A stretch of 64,000 nucleotides of DNA, from positions 3,784,192 to 3,848,191 of the forward strand of contig NC_068984.1 of NCBI RefSeq assembly GCF_001194135.2, in the 5' to 3' direction. Made by a program: the position numbers and the translations under genes. The stretch is from Octopus bimaculoides (taxonomy: Eukaryota). This document shows, piece by piece, positions 11,728 to 26,148 of this stretch; positions within the stretch are counted from its first letter, which is position 1; each line of letters opens with the position of its first letter. The notes under the pieces are model-generated. The model did not search any database. It was not told where the DNA came from and saw only the letters and a list, made by a program, of their open reading frames with translations.

Positions 11728-11977
11728 CTTGACACAGAGTGTGACATATATCGTAGTCGTGTGACATGGCTTTGAAATATAGGTACAACAGAAACAGGAA
11801 GAAAGAGAGAATGTTGTGGTGAAAGAGTACAGCAGGATTCGCCACCACCCTCTGCCAGAGCCTTGTGGGATTTTAGGTGTTTTCGCTCAATAACACTCAC
11901 AACGCCCGGTCTAGGAATCAAAACTGCAATCCTACAACTGCAAGTCCGCTGCCCTAACCACTGGGCCACTGCAGCTC

Positions 11978-11978
<1 letters not shown>
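11728..11978 (-). mobile_element. SINE family C (tRNA-derived), 5' half
   Basis: Reverse complement ggagctgcagtggcccagtggttagggcagcggacttgc matches the full copy at 28342. Confidence 0.85.
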
Positions 11979-12033
<55 letters not shown>

Positions 12034-12339
12034 CACAGATAGATGGATGAATGGATGGATAAACAAATAGACAGACAGACAGATAGATAAGTTTTTGTAA
12101 AAATTACTTGACACAGTTACAGCATTTAGAAAAAGATCTTTTTAAAAGTTAACTATTTAAAAGAAATTTCTTTTATTTAACAGAATGTTGCTAACATCTC
12201 TGGAAGAAGTTTGTATATAGTATTTTATGTCTAGTGTGTATTTTGTGTGTAAGCACTTTCATTTTTCAACTTCAATCATGCATTCTGGACTGATATACAA
12301 AGAGAAGTTGTTTTTTGATTTTGATTTTTTTGCAATGGT

Positions 12340-13010
12340 GTTAACTTTTTCTGTTTTAGTTTTGGATTTATAATTCATTCTTCTTTTGCCTTTTGTAGTT
12401 GATCCTTTCCATCTTTTATTGTAAAAGGGGAATAATATTTTTAATCTTCTATTTGCACAAACATCTACAAGTTCACTACATGAAACATTTCTCAGAGATG
12501 AATCTTTAATTTGTTGTTTATGCACGTTCACATGACTGGGGAGTTTAGTCCTTGTTTCTCCAATGTAATTCTCATTGCATCATGTGCAGATGATGAGAGA
12601 GTAGATGAGATTTTTTGTTTTGCAATTCAAGTTTTGTATTCACTTTCAATTCATTTCCATTTTAATCATTCAGTTGTTCCTTGTTCAATTATTTCACACA
12701 TCCCACAACGAGGGCCTCCACAGTTTCTTACCTGCACTATTTCTTCCTCCGATGTAAATCTCACCTTTGTTAGAAGTCTTTGGAGATTTGGTGGTTGTCT
12801 TTGGCTGTTAATGGATTTGTGATTCTTTGATTATTTGTTGGAGATTTGATGACTGATGTCATTTGGCTGAATGTAGGATATTATGGTTTCAAGGATTATA
12901 GGTGAATACTAGTGGAATATTTATATTTGTTGTTTTGTTTACACCGTCAGTGTTAGCGTTTCTTCATGACATAGAGATTGGGATTTCTTTTGCTTTGGTT
13001 ATGGTACAAT
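12340..13010 (-). mobile_element. Penelope-like element GIY-YIG endonuclease region, pseudogenised
   Basis: Minus strand gives QRQPPNLQRLLTKVRF...NCGGPRCGMC...NCKTKNLIYSLIIC.CNENYIGETRTKL...HKQQI...LFPFY, with stops and frameshifts. Confidence 0.85.
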
Positions 13011-13406
13011 TATAAATTAAATACACACACACACACACACACACACAAAGGACTAAAACTGTTGAGGATGTTTTAACAAGGCTGCAGTCCAATGAGTGGA
13101 TCCACTATAAGAATCATTAGTGAGTGTGTGTGTGTGTTTATAAGCTATACAGGTGTATGCAAAAGTATGAAGAAGTGATGAACAGGGGTTATTTCATGTA
13201 GAACTATTTTAGTTACTGCTAGCTCCCTCACAACTATTAATAATGCAGCTCTACATACAGTTATAAACTTCATCTGAACTCACAAAACTTTATATATACT
13301 CATCAATTATGCACTAAATAGTTAAACTATTCATTGATTCAGGCAAAAGAGTATTAAATTTAGCATTTTTTACAGTGATAGACTATATGAAAATTAAATA
13401 CAGGAT

Positions 13407-13442
<36 letters not shown>

Positions 13443-14019
13443 GAGAGAGGAAAAGAAAGGGGTGGGAAGGAAGCAAGGTAATAAAAGAAAGAAAGAAAAT
13501 AGGAATAAAATTATTGATTAAAGATGTATACATCTCATTGCAAAAAATTCAAAAGCGACAAATGAATTCATACATATGCATGCACACACACACACACACA
13601 CACACACAGCGTGAAAGGCACATATTATACACACCTGCACATTCATATAGCTTGTGTTAATAAATAGAGATTGTCAATGCTAGTAGGTTCTAATAATTCA
13701 TCCATTCTTTAACATATATACTGATAGCACAAAATACTTCTAGATGTTCTCATAACACAATATATACACCTGTCCTGATATCACAAAACATACAACTAGT
13801 CTGGCTATATTGAGGACATCAGTGAATTCATAGCACCTCACCACCAGAACTTATTTGTAATATATATTATTGCTATTTTAAGTACCTGCAACAGGTTATT
13901 GGTTCTGCTATGGCTAAGCACAATTCTAACACTAACACTAACACTAACACACACACACTAACACACACACACTAACACTAACACACACACACACTGTTCA
14001 ATAGACTGGCAGATTATTA

Positions 14020-14600
14020 TCTTGTCTGGAAACCCATAGAGACTAGTAACAGGAAGGGTATCCAGTCATAGAAAATCTCTGCTCTGCCCCAACATACTCT
14101 TCTTGTCTTACCCATGTAAGCATGGAAATGTAACAATAAGATGATAATGAAGATATCATCATCATCAATTAACATTCATCTTCCATGCTGGTATGGGTTG
14201 GACAGCTTCACAGGAGCTGGCAAACCAGAAGACTGCACCTGGCTTCATTGTCTGTTTCAGCATGGCTTTTATGGCTGGATACCATTCCTAATGCCACCCC
14301 ACCCCCTTACAGAGTGGACTGAGTGCTTTTTACATTGGCACCAACACCGGCAATGTCTGTTTTGGCATGGTTTTTACAGCTGGATGCTCTTTCTAATGCC
14401 AACCACTTTACAGAGTGGCCTAGGTGCTTTTTATATGGCACCAGAACTGGCAGGGTCACCAAGTAACTTGCAAGACAGACGATCCTTTGAGAGGGAAGGG
14501 GGTCATTAGAGGATTGGCTTTGTGCCAGGTGATGAGAGGTTTAGAGTGTGACAGAGGGACAGAAATGGGTGTCTAGCTCTAGAGGAAATACATGGTTATC
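14020..14600. mobile_element. Two RTE-tail repeats joined tail-to-tail (+ 14020-14150; - 14155-14600)
   Basis: The + copy ends catggaaatgtaacaataagatgataatg. The - copy begins atcatcatcatcaattaacattcatcttccatgctgg. Confidence 0.7.
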
Positions 14601-16018
14601 CAGTCAGAGGAGGAGGGCAAGAGAAAGAAAGTGGAAGAGAGTGAAAGAGATCAATATATATATACATATATATATATACACATACACACGTTTGTGTCTG
14701 TCTGTCTGTCTGTCATCACTGTTCTGTTTCAATGACCACCTTCCATGCTTGCATTGATCAGATGGAAGTAAAAGGATACCATTCCTGTTGCCAACCTTTA
14801 TCTGCTTCCAAGCAAGTTAACATTTCCATGCAGCCAAACATGTTTCCACAAAAGATTACAAATTAAAGGACACTGCTTATATGACAATGACACTTGTTTA
14901 GAACTATCACAATACCAACACACACACAAACATAACAGGCTTCTTTCAGTTTCTGCCTACCAAATGCACTCACTTGGCTTTGATTTGGCTCATGGTTATA
15001 GTAAAAGACTGAGCTAGAAGCCAATTGGTAGGCCAGTGCAAGACATACAATTATTCTGATAAATACATAGTATATTGGTGGTGGCGGTGGGGGACAAGTG
15101 GCATGCCTGTTGCTTTCATTCACCAGTTAACAATGAATAGCAAATACCCACACTTTGTCTCATCAAATCTGCCTTCCACATCTTCAGTTAATAAGCAATG
15201 ATGACCATATAAATCTATGCAAAATTACAAATTAGATTATTAATTTATTTGTATTTTCATTCTGTTTCTTTCCATGTAACATGCTCAAGATATGTACTTC
15301 TTCCTTATTCAGGTGAAGAAATAAAAAAAAACAAGGAAGCAAAGGACAATACCAGAAACAGCAAAAGTTGAGGAACTAAGACAGATGAACTTTGTGAAAT
15401 CTTCAAAGTAAAGTTAGAAAAGTGCAAAAATAGGAAATATTTAGAGTCAAGTGAAATAGAATTAAAAAAAGTGCATGGATAATATTGTGTTGTTTTTTTT
15501 TTTAATATAAATTAATAAATTGTATAAATGCCAAATATGAAACAATAAGAAATAGTAAAAAGAAAATAAACGATTTGCAATAAAGAGATTAAATTCATAG
15601 ATTATCCCATAAAAATACTCATCATTTAACATTAATCTATGTAAATCAATAGACTGTCAATTGATAAAAATCAATAAGGGAAAAAAACTATTTAATTGCA
15701 GTCAGTGTCTCTCATGGCAGTCCAAAATAGCAGAATTACTGAAAGTTTTTTTTTTACTGTACAGTTACATCCAGCAGATCTATAACCAATAGCAACACTG
15801 ACATTTACCAGGCTGGTTGGTACCTTATACCATCAATGAATAGGGTGAGGCTTAAAGGGAGATTTGGCTCCTGTTTCTTGCAAGGCAAGCAACAACATAT
15901 CTCCTGTTGGGCTACCAATGTGTCTGTAGGTTTTGGGGATGTTAAAGTGGTGAGACAAAATGGAATTGATTGCTACTATTGCTCCAGACTGATGGTGGTG
16001 GTGATGCAGCACCATTAT

Positions 16019-16727
16019 AGGGCTTTCCTATAAGGTGTTATCCACCCCTGATTGGAACTCTCCCGTATGACATGTACGCATGCTCAGTGACTTGCTTTAA
16101 CAGTTGCAATCAGCTGAATGCACATTGCCAGTGACATTTGACATAATTACCCACACTCTGTGGTCAGGATTCTTTTTTTGGTTTGATGTCGGTATCGAAG
16201 GGATTATCAGACACCGGACAATACAGTGAGAGCAGCTTTCACTCACATCGTGGTATTCGATGCTGTGTACGTGTCTGTCGTGGTAAAATATGCCACTCCT
16301 TAACTGTTGCTTTGCTTTCATCCGTAGCACGAGGTAATTATGTCATTATCTGTGAAATTCGGCAACTTACAAAGATCTTTAGATCAGGCAATACTTCACT
16401 GAGAGGAGATATAAGCTTCTGCTTATTCCTGTCTGAAGTATCGTCCGATGAATTTACTTTGTTGACATTCTTCATCGACAAAATTTTTATTCCTTTCAAC
16501 CTTTCAGTCAAGTCCGCCTTTCTTCCAGTAACATACTGTCCATATAATCTTAAATGTTCCTTTAACTCAGGCACAGTAAGTACTTCGATAGCTGAATCAT
16601 CAAGCTGCTTTATATCCATGATAAGACGTAAAACAATAACAATGGCGTGGGTTAGCCTCCGGAAGTTTAATTATCTACATGGAGCGCCGCCTAGCCAAGG
16701 GAGATAACCTACTTATAGGAAAGCACT
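16019..16727 (-). mobile_element. ISL2EU-like (PIF/Harbinger-related) DNA transposon deletion derivative, 709 bp
   Basis: About 30-bp imperfect TIRs AGGGCTTTCCTATAAGGTGTTATCC and GGAGATAACCTACTTATAGGAAAGCACT, with AT dinucleotides at 16017-18 and 16728-29 and AG...CT termini. Interior encodes SAP plus a partial SWIM. Confidence 0.7.
16097..16619 (-). pseudogene. Frameshifted transposon accessory gene: SAP domain plus N-terminal half of a SWIM zinc finger
   Basis: LTVPELKEHLRLYGQYVTGRKADLTERLKG fits the SAP consensus. After frameshifts near 16340-16370 it reads LRMKAKQQLRSGIFYHDRHVHSIEYH...PDHRVWVIMSNVTGNVHSADCNC*, which is the SWIM CxC truncated before CxH. Confidence 0.75.
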
Positions 16728-17060
16728 ATAAAGGAATAATTTGACAATTAATGCTAGTTTTGTGCCTCAGTGCATTTTAATGTTTGTCTAGTGAAAGCCT
16801 TGTGCTTGTAGTAGTGTTTTGAGAAGTATAGATATGTAGGTGTTTCATGATCATTGAACCAGTGGCAGAGACTGTGTGAGATAGAGCTTAAACTGTGCCA
16901 TAGCCTGCATGTGTGCCATTTACATATCCAGGTAATGTTTCTGTTTTGTTGACTCTGTTGTCTTTGTGTGTGTGTAGTTTAGACCAATGGTTCCCAACCT
17001 AGGGTCCATAGATCCCTGGTGGACTGCACAGGTAGTACTGGGGGCCCATGAACTAAATTC

Positions 17061-17102
<42 letters not shown>

Positions 17103-17411
17103 NNNNNNNNNNNNNNNNNNNNNNNNNNNNNNNNNNNNNNNNNNNNNNNNNNNNNNNNNNNNNNNNNNNNNNNNNNNNNNNNNNNNNNNNNNNNNNNNNN
17201 NNNNNNNNNNNNNNNNNNNNNNNNNNNNNNNNNNNNNNNNNNNNNNNNNNNNNNNNNNNNNNNNNNNNNNNNNNNNNNNNNNNNNNNNNNNNNNNNNNNN
17301 NNNNNNNNNNNNNNNNNNNNNNNNNNNNNNNNNNNNNNNNNNNNNNNNNNNNNNNNNNNNNNNNCGACTAACTTGAAAAGGGAAATGATGCAAATGAAAA
17401 TGCAGACAGTT

Positions 17412-17682
17412 ATCATCCTCATCATCATCGTCATTGTTTAACATCTGTTTTCCATGCTGGGATGGGTTGGACAGTTTGACTGAGGACTGGCAAGCCAGAA
17501 GGCTGCACCAGCCTCCAATCTGGTCTGGCAAAGTTCTACAGCGGGATGCCCTTTCTAATGCCAACCACTCCGAGAGTGTAGCGGGTGCTTTTACGTGCCA
17601 CAAGTATAAGGGCCAGTCAGGCGGTTCTGGCAACAACCATGCTCAAAAGGAGTTTTTTACATGCTACCTGCATGGGAGCCAG
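17412..17682 (-). mobile_element. RTE 3'UTR-type repeat
   Basis: catcatcatcgtcattgtttaacatctgttttccatgctgggatgggttggacag...ctaatgccaaccactccgagagtg; same family as 49888, 55685 and 57072. Confidence 0.85.
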
Positions 17683-17867
17683 AAACAGAGAAATCAGACC
17701 AAAGTAAAGAAAGTTGTTATACCAGAGCAGTGGTATATATAATGTGTAATATTAGTACAGTTGTATCCATATACTGTAATATCAGAGTAGCTGTATATAT
17801 GTATCATGCGATATCAGAGCAGCCATATATATATTAATATAAGAATAGTTGCATGTGTGTGTCTTGT

Positions 17868-18087
17868 GGGAACTTGGTGACATCACCAGTGCTGGTGCCA
17901 TGTAAAAATCACTCAGTTCACTCTGTTATATGGTTGAGGAAAGGCATCCAGCTGTAGAAATCATGCCAAAGCAGACACAGAATCTAGCAAAGCCTTCTGG
18001 CTCACCTGTTCTTATCAAACAGTCCAACTCATGCCAGCATGGAAAAAAGGATGTTGAATAATGATGATGATGGTGATGATGGTGATA
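17868..18087 (+). mobile_element. RTE-tailed repeat (SINE or LINE 3' end)
   Basis: aggaaaggcatccagctgtagaaa...catgccagcatggaaaaaaggatgttgaataatgatgatg. Confidence 0.75.
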
Positions 18088-21000
18088 TGAGAACAGTTAG
18101 AAGCATTTCATGAGATCAGACTATATGTTGAAGCAAAATAATGTACATACATGGCAAAAATCTACCTCAGTAAAAAGATTGACAAATAGTGGAAACTCTT
18201 TTCAAAACTGTATTGAACAAAATTTACAGAATAAAAAGTGAATGTACAAATAGCTTCCTGGAAAAAGGATGCAAATAAATTTTCAGTTAAAGAACTTTGA
18301 ATTTTTACCAAGATGAAATATTAGAATGAGTCAAGTAGTAGCAAGATGGTGTACCAAGAATATGAACATGGTACTACAATGGAAGAACTTAAACACTGAG
18401 TGTCATATTCAAGACAACAGTTTTATTCCATCACATAAAAAACAAGGAGAGGAACTGCATCAAAATGGCAGCTAAAAACCAGTGAAATTTAATGTTTATA
18501 GTTCAAAACCATCTCTAACATTACTTTGGTCAATCTATCAGGGAATAATTGCACTGTAATCAGTTAAGTAACAATGAAGGCTGATTTTAATTCTAACCCA
18601 ACAAAATCAGTGGAAATACTAAAACATAATTCAATGAAAACGTAGAAGATGCTAAAGGATCATGTTCTCCAAGAATGCATAGCATTTTTGACGGCTAACC
18701 AACATCCCTAAAGATCACATGTAGCTGCAAACCCTTCATTTTAGTCAACAAAAGAAACAAGAGCAAAGCAGAATATTCCAAGTATTTTACCCACAACCAA
18801 ATTAATAATGCTTTTTGAGAAAATTTGAAGTTTACAGTCTCAAAGACAGACTGTTTTCCCATCTCAACTTTTACCAAATTACAGTTTTAAACATACGTAA
18901 AGAGATATTAATACTATTTAGTCAAGAAGAATTTACCAAATGTTGTTTAGAAAAAGAATTTGCTACGAATAAAGCTGCTTAAAGATGATATCTTACATAA
19001 AATATAGATTTGTTTCCACAAAGTGAAGAACAAAAGCTTGTTAGTATTTGAATATTTAAACCTTACAAAGAGGTATTATGTAATCTCCGCTCATACAAAC
19101 AAACACAAGCATACATATTTATATATATTATATCTGTGCACATATTTAATTTTCATATACCTATCAAATATATTGAAGCTAAATCCATCTTAATAGGTCA
19201 CTTCAGGTAATAACATTCATTTAGAAATATATTTTGTTTTCTCTAATGTACAACTTAATACAACTACTACTCACTCGTTAAATCACTTACTTTGTAAAAA
19301 GCTGTAAAAATAAAAATAATTTTCAAAGAATGTAATATATCAAATAACCTTCTGACAGATATGAATTAATATAAATGTACTCAAGAGTGAAATATCTGTC
19401 TGAGGAATTCTAAACTTGGTAAATACAAATGTATGAGAAGAATTATTCAAATATTAAACATTTATAGTAAATTTTTAATGTAGATAAATATAACATCTAA
19501 CTAGGAATAGAGATGACAATGTGTGTATTTAATGTGTGTATGAATGAAGACCATATTCATAATGTATGATGAAGGGCAACTGCATTGTTGCTACAAGGTT
19601 AAGTTGCCATTTTATGATAAGAAGACACAAGTTGCAACTTGGTAATTATATGTAGTGACACAATCTGACTATTTAAGCCGTTGTTTATTTCTGCCAACCT
19701 AATCAAAAGTAAATCGTTTACACTTCTTAATTGAGTAATCAACAAAGAACTTGGTAAGTAGTCCAAAAGCATCAGTTCCAACTAAACATCAACATTTGCA
19801 AAGACCAATGTCACAACCATGCCATAATGAGGGGAAAAAAGAAAAAAAAAAAGTAAAATTGTTATTGTTAGAAAACACAGGGTTGAGGTGGGGGGGGGGA
19901 CTGAAAATCCATGATTTTTTTTTACATTAATGAATATTTGAAGTACAACAGGAAACCTAATTAAGATTTCAGAAACGTAAACAACATTTGAAAAATTGAA
20001 ATTGTTATTTTGCAAGTAAACACAACAAAACCATGAACAACAACAACAACAACAAGTTGAATGTTTGTTAGAATCAATAGCCAATATGAAAGAAAAAATG
20101 TCGACAGAAGGACAGACATCAACATAACATGCAACATCACATTAGCGAAGCTAACAAAGAACCAAACATAGCAATGAAATATAAACTGACCATGCATGTT
20201 TACCTGCTAGGGAGAGAACAAAGCCAGGCTGAAAAAAGGGAAATTAGAATTTGAACAAAAAAAAAAATCATTCTTTCATATTTTCTTTGGAGGGTATTCT
20301 TTTTTTAATTTTACGAAATGGTTTTTATTTTGTATTGGTTTGGAAATCATTTCATCTGAAGAAACACAGTTTTGTTGATCTTGGAAAATTTTTCAAAATT
20401 AATTCCCTTATTGGTACTGGCCTCCCTCCTACAGGTAAAACATGCAAAAAAAAATTGTAATAAAATGATAAATTTCTCAAACAAGTGTCCACCTAAATAC
20501 TTAACCAAAATGGAAAGATTATAATTCAATATTCTGAACCAAACACTAATATCAAGTAGCACCATTACAGATATTTTCTGAACTGCATTGGAGAATACAC
20601 AGTCATATTGCAAGCGTATAAAACAATTATGTAAGAGAATCTATGAACATAAAACTATTTTACATCAACAGGTAATCCAGGCAGGTGAGAATTTAGAAAA
20701 CAAATGACAACAATAAAGCAGCTCTTTCTCTGGGATGTTTACCTTTTTTTTTATTTTTCTTTTGGTGTTATTGTGTCAAAAAGAAATTCAATTAACAAAT
20801 CAATAAATTGGAATTAAAGACCAAATGTAAATTCTAATTGTGTTTTTCTGTGTTGATTATGTTAGTCAATGATGAAAGGAAATAAACAGACAACACTAAA
20901 CATGTGATGACATAGGTTTGAATACCACAATATCAAATATGATTTCATACAAAGACATAGGAACTTTTAGTTTGTGACAGTGAAGATTTCAGCAGTTGTA

Positions 21001-22434
21001 CAAATACCAGAAATAAAACAGTTGTTACAATTTGGAACCATGAACAGATTGTAGATTTTGTTCAACTAATTTCCTTATGGTCCTAGGTAGGCTATTAATA
21101 ATAAACAATGACATACATTAACAATGTCACTGGTGATGTATTTGAGATGATATTAATAAAATATATAATTTCAAGAAACCTCAACTTTTAAGACGACAAA
21201 AAAACAGAAAATTCATTTGGAGAAACAATCACCTTTTCCTCTCATATAGGGACTTTTCTCAATAAATACTAAGTAATTTAACTTCATTGTAATTATATCA
21301 TGTGCTACAAATATTTTGACTCAAGTATACCACATGCCACAAATAATACTTTGATACTGCTTTGTCACAAACTACAGATATTTTGACTCTTGACAGAAAA
21401 AAAAATAAATAAATTCAGCTGCCAATCCAGAATCCTAAACTATTCCAGATTTATCTGTTACCATCATCTAGTGTGACTCAAGTGCACTTTTCTAGGATGA
21501 ATATAAATATAAAATGTCAAAGTTTAATAAGAGATTGAAAACTATAAATATAATTGAGATGAAGCAAAGTCAGATACAGTAGAAGATTTTGTAAGATATA
21601 TATTTTGATATAAAAATACATACACACACATATTATATATATATATATATATAAATAAAATCATCAATTTATAGTAATTTGTAAAAGTGAAATATTTTAA
21701 CTGGTCAAATTGTTTGGTCATTTGTATTTCCAGTCAGCATGGGTTGAATATTTGCATGGTTTAGAACGAATACAACAAATGTTGAGGAGTGATTCATACA
21801 GAGCTGTCATGGAGATGCTAGTACACACACACACACACGCCTAAAGCTGTGTGGCTCAGTCTGTTTGTATTGAATATAAAGTCCACATCAGTTATATTAC
21901 AAACATGTTGTTGTCCACCTTGAGTTGGGAATGTAAGGAGATTATGGTCATTCTTGCAATGATGACAAAGTAGATTTAGACCAGTAATGGTCAATTCTTC
22001 ACCATTTATTATACACATGTGCCAACCCAGAGACAGCAAATTAATAGAGTATTTTATTTTTATGTGCTTTTCTTGAAAAGATGAGAATTTAAGTAAATTC
22101 CGAATACTGCTGTAGCAATAACATCTTGATTACTTGTTGTCCATATACCAAATTGTTTACGTGCGTATTTGCTTATATGAGCCTCATTGCTTCAATATAC
22201 ACAGCTGTTTAGAAAAACCAGGGAAACACTGTTGTAGACATTAAAGATATTGCAATATATTTTGGTGGTTGTTTAACCCCAGGACATCTCTAATTCAATA
22301 GAATGAAAATTCTGTCATCAGAGCTGAAGATCAACACAACTGTGTCTTCATGACTCTTTTTGGGATAAATAAGGCCAGTGGCTACCTAGTTCTCTTCTGA
22401 CCTATTCTATTGTAAGGGCTGTGTTCCATCATCA

Positions 22435-22758
22435 GACTATTGCCAAGCTGGGGCACTGCCTTGAGGAATTTTTGTCGAATGAATCAACCTCAGCACTTTT
22501 TTTTTTTAAAGCTTACTACCTATTCTATCAGTCTCTTTTGCCAAACTGTTAAGTTTTGGAACGTAAACAAAAGCACTGGCTGACAAGAGGTGGTGGGACA
22601 CACACACACACACACATATATATGGTGGACTTCTTTCAGTTTCCATCTACCAAAACCACTCATAAAGCTTTTGTTGGCTTGAGGCTGTAGTAGAAAACAC
22701 TTGGCCAAAGTGACTGAACCCAGAACCATGTGGTTGGGAAGCAAATTTCTTAGCCACA
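22435..22758 (-). mobile_element. SINE family A
   Basis: cccagaaccatgtggttgggaagcaa head and an internal (CA)n(TA)n tract. Confidence 0.8.
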
Positions 22759-25700
22759 CACACACATAAATCTTTGTTGATTCAGCAGAAAGAAGCAATT
22801 ACTGGAGAGAGGGAGAGAGAGAGAGGGAGAGAGAGAGNNNNNNNNNNNNNNNNNNNNNNNNNNNNNNNNNNNNNNNNNNNNNNNNNNNNNNNNNNNNNNN
22901 NNNNNNNNNNNNNNNNNNNNNNNNNNNNNNNNNNNNNNNNNNNNNNNNNNNNNNNNNNNNNNNNNNNNNNNAGAGAGAGGGAGAGAGAGAGAGGGAGAGA
23001 GAGAGAGGGAGAGAGAGAGTGTGTGTTTCGTTTCTTTGTCATGATTTCACATACCAGTTGCAAACAAGTGTTTCTGTCATATAAGTAGTGTTAATTTGTT
23101 TCCAATCTTCCATGAAAACATGTCCAGCACTAAAGAGATATTTTGTTGCTTAAAAACAAGATTGACAGACATGAAAATTTGAATCAATAAATTCTAACTT
23201 ATGCAAGCATGGACAGGTGGCATTAAAATTATGATACGCAGAATTCCTGCAGTTTCCATCTTGCAAATCACCCACAAGGATGCAGTTGACCCAGTGATGT
23301 GGATCTGATGTAACAAATGTAAAAAACTGAAAATGTTTCATTTTCCTTGACAGTGTAGCCAGCAGGAAAGAAAACAATGAATCCATAACTGGACCATTTG
23401 CTCCATACGGTAAAAACAAGGTTGAATAAGAAACAAAAGTTCCTTATCTCGATTTACCAATTACAAAGATAAGCATGAAAGAAGAGTAAATGAGCACAAA
23501 AGCAAAATGTTGTGTGTCTTCTTAGGAAGGACCAACTCAATGGAACACGTGCAAATAGAAAGAGACAAAGGTAGACTTGGATGAACAAACCATCAAGAAT
23601 TCATCTCCCATTCAGTCAGTATCAACAAACAACACCAAACATGGAAGTCTACAACTATTTTTGAAAGGTTTGAGTTTCTTACTTGTTTCAATATGGTTGA
23701 AAAATCTCATACAAACAACTGATAGGAGAGAAATATTTTAATAAATAGTGTTTTCGATAAAAATTAAGAGCTGACAAAAGGGACCCCTATCAACCAGCCA
23801 CCACCTACATTTGGTTGCCTCAATACCAAATTTAGGTGGTGACTTCAGGTTTCAGGAAAATAGTTGAGAGATAAAGAATACAACATTGTTAGATTTATCA
23901 AAATCTAATAAACATATGACACAGAGATCATCTCAAGCCTTTAGGGAATAAAAAGAGATAACTAATTATATACGTGTAAGTTATTTATTATTTAAGAAGT
24001 TTCAAAAATGCACAAATTACTGTATTATGTCTACCTAAATGTACAGACTTGTTTTTGTTTTTATCTTATTTAGGGTTTGTTTTTTTTGGTTTTGTTGTTT
24101 TCTTCTGAATATACCATTTTTTAACATCAATAAAATCTATACCCATGTTTTTTTTTGTTTTTTTTTAGCCAATTTGATATATGTTCATATTCAGAGAGAA
24201 TTTCCAGTCAAACTGATTGTGAAGGAGTGTAATGCTGCTTTCACACTATAACATTCATGAAACAATGAAATTAAGTGGAAATTAGCCCAATCAAAAATAG
24301 CAACAAAAATACCAACTATGTCGAAATAAAACCATATACATATTTCAAAACAAAAGAGTATGTTTAGTTGTTTAATTAAGAACATTTCTAGTTGGAATGT
24401 TAGAGACAAAATCTAATCATTCTTTATAAAAGTGAAAAAAAAAAATTGTTTATATACATAAATTTATATATATATATATATATGTATGTATGTAGGTATG
24501 AATGTAATGAAATAAACAAATACTAATAAAGCACCAAAATTCCTCAATAATAACGACTCACAACCTTTTTTTTTGCTTTGCAATGTTTATAATTGTTTTA
24601 TTAGTTGAGGTCGTAAAGAAAATGGTCAATTTTATTGTTACCATTCACAATTCCTCACATATTGCAATTTATCAATAACATATATTTACAGGTCTTCACA
24701 ATAGCAGTTTTACACTTCAACAATGAGTGAAATTTTCTAAAATTTATATTTTTATCAATAAGCATTGAACATAAGTCCACACACAGTTAAACACATGCAC
24801 ACACACACATTCTCTCTCTTTCTCTAATGTACACATATACGTAAATATACATAAATACACATACAAGTATGACCATGCAAGCATGGAAAAGTGATGTGTG
24901 TGTATGCATATATATATACACAAACATACAATGTGTGAGGTGTGTGTATATATACATATACAAACACACACATGTAAAAACAAATTGCAGTACAGAAAAA
25001 TATATGAATTTGCAATAATTACAAAAAATAATTTGAACTTTAAAGTTAAAAAGAAACAAATGTTGTTTGTTTTCTGTTTTCAAAGTCTATTTCAATTAGT
25101 TGATATATTACACAATGGAACAGGAGAGGGGCGATTTTGTATTTTCTATAAAAATATATCTTAGAGAAAAACTAAGAAGAAATCAAGAAATAATAGAACA
25201 TAAAATACACATAAAAATATCTAAGATGATCAAAAAAAGGTAAGTTTTCTGCTTTTATCGACACAGAAGACAGAGAGAGGTATAGGAAAGAGGTTAAAAA
25301 TAAGAAAAAAAAGTATTAAATATGAGGGGCTTAGGTGGAAAGTTTTACAAAAACTATAACTTTTTTATGAATTTTTGGTGTAATTAAAAGAGAAAGCTTG
25401 CAATATATCTTTGAAATGGTAAATTATTTTGGAATTTCACTATTTTAGATGTTTTTGCCAAATTAGAAGTCACCACAACACCTTAGAAATTTTGCTTTGT
25501 TTTTTTTTGTCTTCAATTAATAAGGCATAATTTGTTAATATACAAGATGAAAATGGATTATGATGAAAGTAGAAAACATCTGAGTGTAATGCAAAGAACT
25601 TATGTCATTACTTTCCAATGATGTAATTCTGTCATAACAGTCACCAATTCACCTCCACTTCTTATAAGAATTCTCCTTCAAAATCAAGCAAGAATTTTAA

Positions 25701-25795
25701 TTGAGTAATTCTTAAATTTTACTCTCTAAAATGTTCAATTAATTTCCCAAATGTTAACACTGAATTACCACACAAAGGAACAAATCAATAAGATT

Positions 25796-25966
25796 TATCT
25801 TTTATCTTTTACTTGTTTCAGTCATTGGATTGTGGCCATGCTGGGGCACCACCTTGAATAATTTTTAGGTGAATGAACTGACCCAAGTATTTAATCAGTT
25901 TGTTTTGCTGAACTTCTAAGTTATGAGGACAAAAACACGCCAATACTAATTGTCAAGTGGTGGTGG

Positions 25967-26009
<43 letters not shown>

Positions 26010-26148
26010 AATATATATACAATGGGTTTCTTTCAATTTCCATCTACCAAACCCATGCAGAAGACTGTGGCTGGCCTGAAGCTATAGTAGAAGACACTTG
26101 CCCAGAACCATGTGGTTGGGAAGCAAGCTTCTTACCACACAGCCATGC
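25796..26148 (-). mobile_element. SINE family A
   Basis: tttacttgtttcagtcattgg tail through to the aagcttcttaccacacagccatgc head; internal (TC)n(CA)n tract. Confidence 0.85.

Noticed and set aside
13926-13994. (CTAACA)n interspersed with (CA)n, telomere-like
   Set aside because: The unit is TGTTAG, not TTAGGG, and is best explained as slippage within a CA microsatellite.
20204-20228. 25-nt minus-strand micro-exon candidate (PGFVLSLA or WLCSLPS)
   Set aside because: Splice sites are plausible, but the peptide is unrecognised and no partner exons could be linked. The same holds for candidates at 44550-44582, 62048-62156, about 57820-57878 and about 43195-43250.
21818-22039. 73-aa ORF with coding-like composition
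   Set aside because: No recognisable motif and it runs into a CA repeat; possibly an ancient LINE fragment.
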